From assembly GCF_009914755.1 (NCBI RefSeq), contig NC_060932.1: DNA of 64,000 bases; one strand, written 5' to 3'. Positions within the stretch are counted from its first letter, which is position 1; each line of letters begins with the position of its first letter. The notes under the pieces are model-generated. The model did not search any database. It had not been told where the DNA came from and saw only the letters and a list, made by a program, of their open reading frames with translations. Positions 57,718 through 64,000 of the stretch are shown one piece after another. This DNA comes from the human T2T-CHM13v2.0 reference genome, Homo sapiens. The position numbers and the translations under genes were made by a program.

Positions 57718-59178
57718 CCACTTAACTGGAGATTCTAGCTGGTATCATATAATCAAAAACTAAATAATGAAAAGTACTGAAAAATAATCCAAACTGGATT
57801 ATTTACAGGTGATGTAATATAGAAAAGCCAAGAAATATACATATTAAATGTTAGGATGACAAAAGATGTTCATTAAGTTTGCTAGATATCAGATCAATAT
57901 ATGAAACACAAGAAGTACACAGCAATTGCAAGTTTTAAAAAGACAAGATACAGTTGAAATAGTAACTGAACATAAAGGAATCTACAAAAGAATTTAACAA
58001 TATGCAAAGCCTTTATGGAGAGCATTAAAAACTTTCTTGAAAGACATTGGAGTTGATTTATATAAATAGAGATTGTAGTATGTACATTTATGAGTTGGAA
58101 GACTCAATGTTATAAAAATGGGTAGTGAATTCATGAATATTCATTTTATTATCCTTTGTACCTTCTTGTATGTGTAAAAGCATCTACCATTTTAATTGAA
58201 AAATTAAAAATATTTAAATGTAATTTTTAAAGAACAAATAGACACAAAGTGTTTTTGAGTACATGCCTTGCATGTGCATATACATGTTAAGGCCAAACAG
58301 TTGGAGTGTGCCTAATTTCATGTAACCTACCATGATTTGTTGGAAAATTATGTGTATCTACACTGGATAGATGAGCCAAGTGAAGCTCAAGGTAGATAAG
58401 TGGCTTCCCAAAGTCATACCTCACTAAGACCATATGTTGGCCTTCTTTCTCCTGCCCGGGACCTCTTAGCTGGCCCAGTGTTCACTTACCAGCCAATACC
58501 ACCACATTTCTCAGGTCGACCTAATGCACACAGAATTGGGAGTCTGGTAGAGTTGGGAATCCTGTTAATCAGTGTCTCCTTTGGTAGGACATAGGTGATG
58601 ATTTCAGTCTAAATAATGGGCAGTTTAATGTCATGTGGTGGGATGGGTGCAAGGTGTTGCTAGGCTTTGAAACATTGGCCATCTGGGATTTGCCCCTTGC
58701 TTCCCACAAGAACTGTCTGCTAAGCACTCATGTCCAGGTAGCACTGCCATTAAAGCTATGTAGCCACTCATTACCAAGCTCTGAAATCCATCTCTGGAAA
58801 ATAAGAGTGAATTAGTCACAGGTGGTGCTGCTGGACACATACACGCTAATCAGAAATGACTTTTCGACACTTCTCATAAGCCCCTGTGAACAGCTTTTGA
58901 AACAAACAAACAAAAATAAACCCCCCTCCTAACAGAGCTTGCCCTGAGGTTAAAAACTGAAAAATACATACATATGTTTATTCATTTGTTCACCTTTTAA
59001 TTTATTTATCTTTGAATATATTTCTTCAATAAATATTTACAGTGTTTCTTTGTGCCACATATTGTATGAAGCCCTGTGTATACATTGTGAAAAAAAAGTG
59101 GTCCTTGCTCTCAGAGAGCTTATAGGATAGGGAAGATGTTAAACAAACAAATATAAGTATCCACAAACATTAAAAATT

Positions 59179-59405
59179 AGATCAGCATGAACAATATGAC
59201 AAAATCCCATCTCTACACAAAATAATACAAAAATTAGCTGGGCATGATGTCATGCACCTGTAGTCCCAACTACTCAGAAGGCTGAGGTGGGAGGATTGCC
59301 TCAGCCCTGGAGGTCCAGGCTACAGTGAGCTGAGATTGTACCACTGCTCTCCAGCATGGGTGATAGAGTAAGAAAGACTGTGTTTCCCAAAATAAATAAA
59401 TAAAT
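59179..59405 (+). mobile_element. 5'-truncated AluJ inside an L2 fragment
   Basis: gaggtgggaggattg...aggctacagtgagc with an (AAAT)n tail. Confidence 0.88.
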
Positions 59406-59751
59406 ATATAAATAAAATTGAAAGTAATAATAAAAATTGAATTGGGGGAAAGAGTTGGAAGGAGGATAAAGAGGAGGAAGTTCTTAAACTTTTTCAGGGA
59501 GTCACTTTCTGAGAAGAAAGCATGAAAATCAAGCCTAAGGGAAGAGTTTTTGATCCCCTGCAATACTTCAGATTTCTTGGGAACACATTTCTGTCTCTAG
59601 TTCATTTTTGCATCCCTAAAACCTATCACTATGAGACAGTTCAGTCTATTAGAGAACATGTTAGTTATTGTTGCACCCAGTGTAAGGTTTACTAGACCTA
59701 AATATCCAACTCCATTGTTGCCTCAAGGGGCTCCAAGCTCAGCCCTCTTAG

Positions 59752-60133
59752 TTTTCTTTTTTCTTTTTTTAACTTTTATTTTAGGTTCAGGTGTACTTGT
59801 GTAGGTTTATTATATAGGTAAACTTGTGTCATGTGGGTTTGTTGTATAGATTACTTCATCACCCAGGTACTAAGCCTAGGACCCAATGGTTATTTTTTCC
59901 TACTCCTTTCCCTCCTCCCACCCTCCAACCTCACTGTCTCTTGTTCCTTTCTTTGTGTTCACAAATTTTCATCATTTAGCTCCCACTTACAAGTGAGAAC
60001 ATGCAGTATTTGATTTTCTGTTCCTGTGTTAGTTTGCTAAGGATAATGGCCTCCAGATCCATTTGTGTTCCTTAAAAAAACCATGATCTCATTCTTTTTT
60101 GTGGCTGCATATTCCATCTGTACCACATTTTCT
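59752..60133 (-). mobile_element. L1PA13-16-like 3' end
   Basis: aacttttattttaggttcagg...catcacccaggtactaagc...tttagctcccacttacaagtgagaacatgcag. Confidence 0.9.
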
Positions 60134-62224
60134 TAAACACTCAGGTATAACTCACAGCAGCACTTCTCTACCTTTACTGTGTGGAAGAACACGTGACAGA
60201 AGGCATGAATCTGTGCAACATACTACTAGTACATGTAGACTTAAGATGTACATTCATATTAACCTAAACTTTTTCTGACCCATTCAAAAAAATGTATCAG
60301 AAGGCAAGTAAGTAAGAGCAAACTTATTACTGAATTAACCTTGGATCCACTTTACTTATACAATCCAAAGTACAACATTCATATATCTGTACTGCTGTTA
60401 ATAACAGACTACTTGTAGGACACATGACAATTATTTACATTGGTTTTCTGATATCACAGTAAATGTAACTGCTCTGCAGAGCTCCCGTTGTCACTCCCAC
60501 CTACATGAATGGGCCTCAGGCCCTATCCCCTTAGGTATTATTTTCTTAAATCCAGTAACTCACTGAAGAATTAGTCGAAGTCCCCAGTTACATAAGACTG
60601 TCTTCATCCCATCCACACACGACTGATTAATTGCTTCCACATTTCTCAATACATTTTTTTTAAACCAATGCTCTCATATCACTTGCCTACTCCCCACTAC
60701 ATACCCCTTAATTATTGGTCTCTGGTGTTGAGATTTATAAAGGGCCTCCACCATAATACCACTTTAGGAGTTAGGGTCATTATTAATAGTCTCTTAATAC
60801 ATTATATATTCAATAAATACATATCAAATAGTTACTATCATCATCATCATCATCATCATCATTGTCATTCCTGTTATGTGTAAGGCTTTTGGGAGGCACT
60901 GGACCATCAGCAGTGAACATTATGGACAAGCAACCACTGATTAGTTTTCTTTCACTGTAGATTAGTTGGCATTTTAAAAAATTTTGTAAGTAGAATTGTA
61001 CAATGTGGACTTTTTGTATATGGCATCTTTCAATCTACATAGCGACTTTGAGATTCATCCATGTTTTTGCATATCTATAGCTCACTTATATTGTTACTGT
61101 TATGGTCATTTATATTGTTATCCTATTATATGGATATACCTCATTTTATTTATTGTTCACTTCTTGATTAATACTTGTATATACGATTTTCTTGTTTTTG
61201 CTACTGTGAATAAAGCTTCAATAAGCATTTCTGTACAAGCCTTTGCATAAAGGTACATTTTCATTTATTTTTGGCAAATACTTAGGAATGGAACTCCTGG
61301 AATATTTAATGAATAATGTATCTAGCTTTGAGAGGGAAGTGGTCAGTTTCCCAAAGTGTTTGTTCCATTTTACTTTCTCATCAACAAGTGTATAGGAGTT
61401 CAACCTCTTTCACCTCTCAGCCAGGTGCTTAACCAGAAGTACTTGCTACTGTCAATCATTTAAAAAGGCCATTTTGTAAGTATAATTTGGATAAAATAAA
61501 ATTTGTTTAAGTGTACATATTTCATATGTTTTTACAAACTGGTATAGCCACTTACCCACCAAAATTGAGATACAGAAAATTTATATCACCCCAGAAACTT
61601 TCCTCATGACCTTTTGTAATTAATGTCTTCCCCCAAATGCAGCCCTGGGAAACCATTGAGCTGTTTCTATTACTAAAGTTATGCCTTTTCTTTGTCTTTT
61701 TTATCTCCTTTTTCTTTTCTGCGTTCATCATTAGCATTTATAAAACTAGACTTAAGAAAAGAATTAGGTTTGGGGGCACATGCATGATCTTAATATAGTG
61801 AATGTTATACCCACAAAAATTAAAATTAAAAATTAAAAAAATATAGCAAATGTTTAGGCTGTCCTGACTATTACAAAATCAGAGCAATGAGAATATTGGC
61901 AGAGTTTTGTCTTTTCTACAATTTAATATTAATTGTGTACATACACAATATAGTCTTTTGTGTCTGTCTTCCTTCGCTAGCACAATGCTTTTGAGATTGA
62001 TCCATGTTCCTGAATATATGAGTAGATCATTCCTTTCTTTTGCTGACTAGCTCTCCATTACATTTTCCATTCACTCTTCTATTAGTGGACATTTGAGTTG
62101 TTTCTAACTTGGCAATATTATAAATTATCTCTATGAATGCACATAAAAGTATTTACATGGACATAAGTTTTCATCTCACCGGAATAAAAACTCAAGAGTG
62201 GGACTTCTGGATCTCATGGTAAGT

Positions 62225-62329
62225 GAAATAATCTGTACACCAAAACCCTGAGTCGTGAGTTTACCTATATAACAAACCTGCACTTGTTCCCCTGAAGCTA
62301 AAATAAAAGTTAAACTATTAAAAAAAAAA
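62225..62329 (+). mobile_element. Very short L1PA/PB 3' end
   Basis: aatctgtacaccaaaaccc...tttacctatataacaaacctgcac...taaaataaaagtt, followed by poly(A). Confidence 0.88.
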
Positions 62330-62416
62330 GAAATGGACAATGTTTCCTACAAGCTACATATGAAAGCAACACAAATACTTGATATTGTCCTCACCAACAT
62401 TTGGTATTGTCAGTAA

Positions 62417-63008
62417 TGTTACCGACACAACAGGTGGGTTCAATTGCTTGGTGGGTGACAGTCCAATGACCACAACCAAGGAGGATTTAACAAGGACATT
62501 TTATTACTTGCAACAGGTAAGGAAGAAACCAGAGGTAGTCCCCCAAAGCAGTGCCTCCCTGAACAAAGGTGAAAATAAGGCTTTTACTGGGCTGATTAGC
62601 TGAGTCATTGCATATGGAGGTGGAGTAAAGGCAGTGCAGGCACAGTCATTGATCATGCTTCTACCTAAGACGCATGTGTGGAAAATGGAGAGTAAGCTCC
62701 TCCCTGGGCTGTGTTTTTAGTATGGCAATGATGAGAGTTTGCCAAATTCACCTGCAACTCAGGCATCTCTGGATCCATCTTGTTTTTGTTTTGCTGGGGC
62801 TGGTCATAATCAGTGGCACAGCATGATCAATGACTGCGCCTGTGCTGCCTTTATTCTACCTCTACATGCAATGACTCAGCTAACCAGCCCAGTAAGAGCT
62901 TTACTTTCACCTTTGCTCTGAAACTTTTCTGAAACAACAAGAACTCAAGATGGAGCAGTTACAAGTGGCTACTTCTTTGCAGTGAAAACCTAGGCACCTT
63001 GGGTTACA
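62417..63008 (-). mobile_element. ERV1-class solo LTR (family unassigned)
   Basis: TG...CA termini (tgttacc / ggttaca) and perfect 4-bp TSD gtaa at 62413-62416 and 63009-63012. It splits an L1M. AATAAA on the minus strand near 62500. Confidence 0.85.
62561..62918. repeat. 99-bp inverted repeat (arms 62561-62659 and 62820-62918, 160-bp spacer)
   Basis: Hand alignment: 87/99 identical, no gaps. Confidence 0.95.
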
Positions 63009-64000
63009 GTAATTTTGGCTACACTAGTGGATGTGTGGTGGCACGTCTTTGGGGAAGCTTACATTTCCCTAATGATTTATGAGGATGACCATTTGTTTTT
63101 CTGTGCTTATTGGACATTTGTGTATATCTTTTTTTGTGTGTATGTGGAATGCCTTCTTGAACACTTTGCTCTTTTGTCATTTTTATTGAATAGTCTTCTT
63201 ATTATTAAATTCTAAAAGTTATTTATATATGTAAGTTCCCGTCAGAAATTTGCATTTTGTTACTTTCTTTCAGCCTGTGCCTTGTTATATATTGTATTGA
63301 TAGTATCTCTCTCAAAGAACGAACACTTTTATTGTTGTGTTTAAAAGCTTTATTGAGATACATAAGTACTGTCTTAATTTTAATTTCTTAAAGTCAGTTA
63401 GCATATGTCCCCAGAAATTAAGTTTTTTTTACATTTGCTAAGACTGCTTTAGTTTCTTTGCATATCTAATGATTTTTAGAGCGAGTTTTTAAATTTCTAC
63501 ACAAAATCTCACTGGGATTTTTGATTGGGATTACACTGAATATATAGATAGAAAAACTGTTGCTAGCAAATCTACTTTTATAAAATGATTAAAGAAAGTT
63601 CTCTAAACAGAAAGAAATTGGAAAAAAAAACTTGGAACTTCAGAAAGAAAAAATAGAACATAAAAGTCAACAAAAGTAGAAATAAATTAAATATTTTTCT
63701 CTCCAGAGTGTCTTAAATCATATTTGATGGCTTATGTAAAATAATATCTTTTGATTTAGTGCTCAATTTATATAGAGAAATAATAAAAATAATTATATTT
63801 TAAAAGTGGGAAAATTAAATGACCTAAAAGGAAGTAAAGTTTACATACTTTAGAGTGATAAAACATATCAGTAGGATTTAGTAAATAATATACACATATT
63901 ATAATACCTAAAATGGCTGCTGAGGAACTAAACAAAGCAGTATACTCAAAAACACTATAAATAAGTAAAAATGAAATTCTAAAATATGTTTAATTAACCC

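Larger units (their letters stand above)
60930..63550 (-). mobile_element. Cluster of old L1M (MC/ME-like) 3' fragments, interrupted by an L1PA/PB tail and an ERV1 LTR
   Basis: ttgagattcatccatgtt, ggacatttgagttgtttc, tcctcaccaacatttggtattgtcag, gggatttttgattgggattacactgaat. Boundaries approximate. Confidence 0.65.

Noticed and set aside
60668-60883. ORF with a poly-histidine run
   Set aside because: Translation of a (CAT)n microsatellite beside L2/MIR-like sequence.

Overview
Primate (very probably human) non-coding genomic DNA: AT-rich, CpG-depleted and dominated by decayed transposable elements. These include Alu (J/S/Y), L1 (L1PA/PB/MA/MB/ME), L2/MIR, MaLR and ERVL LTRs (MLT1, MLT2, MSTA, THE1, including one two-LTR THE1 element), ERV1 solo LTRs (MER4-like, two MER41-like, one unassigned) and DNA-transposon fossils (MER44, MER47A, MER5A). 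I find no credible protein-coding gene, RNA gene or CRISPR array. The ORF track is explained by L1 ORF1/ORF2 remnants, Alu/LTR read-through and chance. I cannot support a new multi-gene system. The most unusual structures are: (1) a gapless 99-bp inverted repeat inside an ERV1 LTR, whose 12 mismatches are all transitions and which places two AP-1/ARE motifs in opposite orientation; (2) a tail-less, TSD-less young L1PA chimera (5'UTR start fused to mid-ORF2) joining two truncated older L1s; (3) an iterated snap-back palindrome scar in an old L1; (4) two twin-priming L1 inversions; (5) a MER41-like LTR with an intact GAS site. Subfamily names come from my recollection of consensus sequences, not from a database run. 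Boundaries of old elements are approximate.
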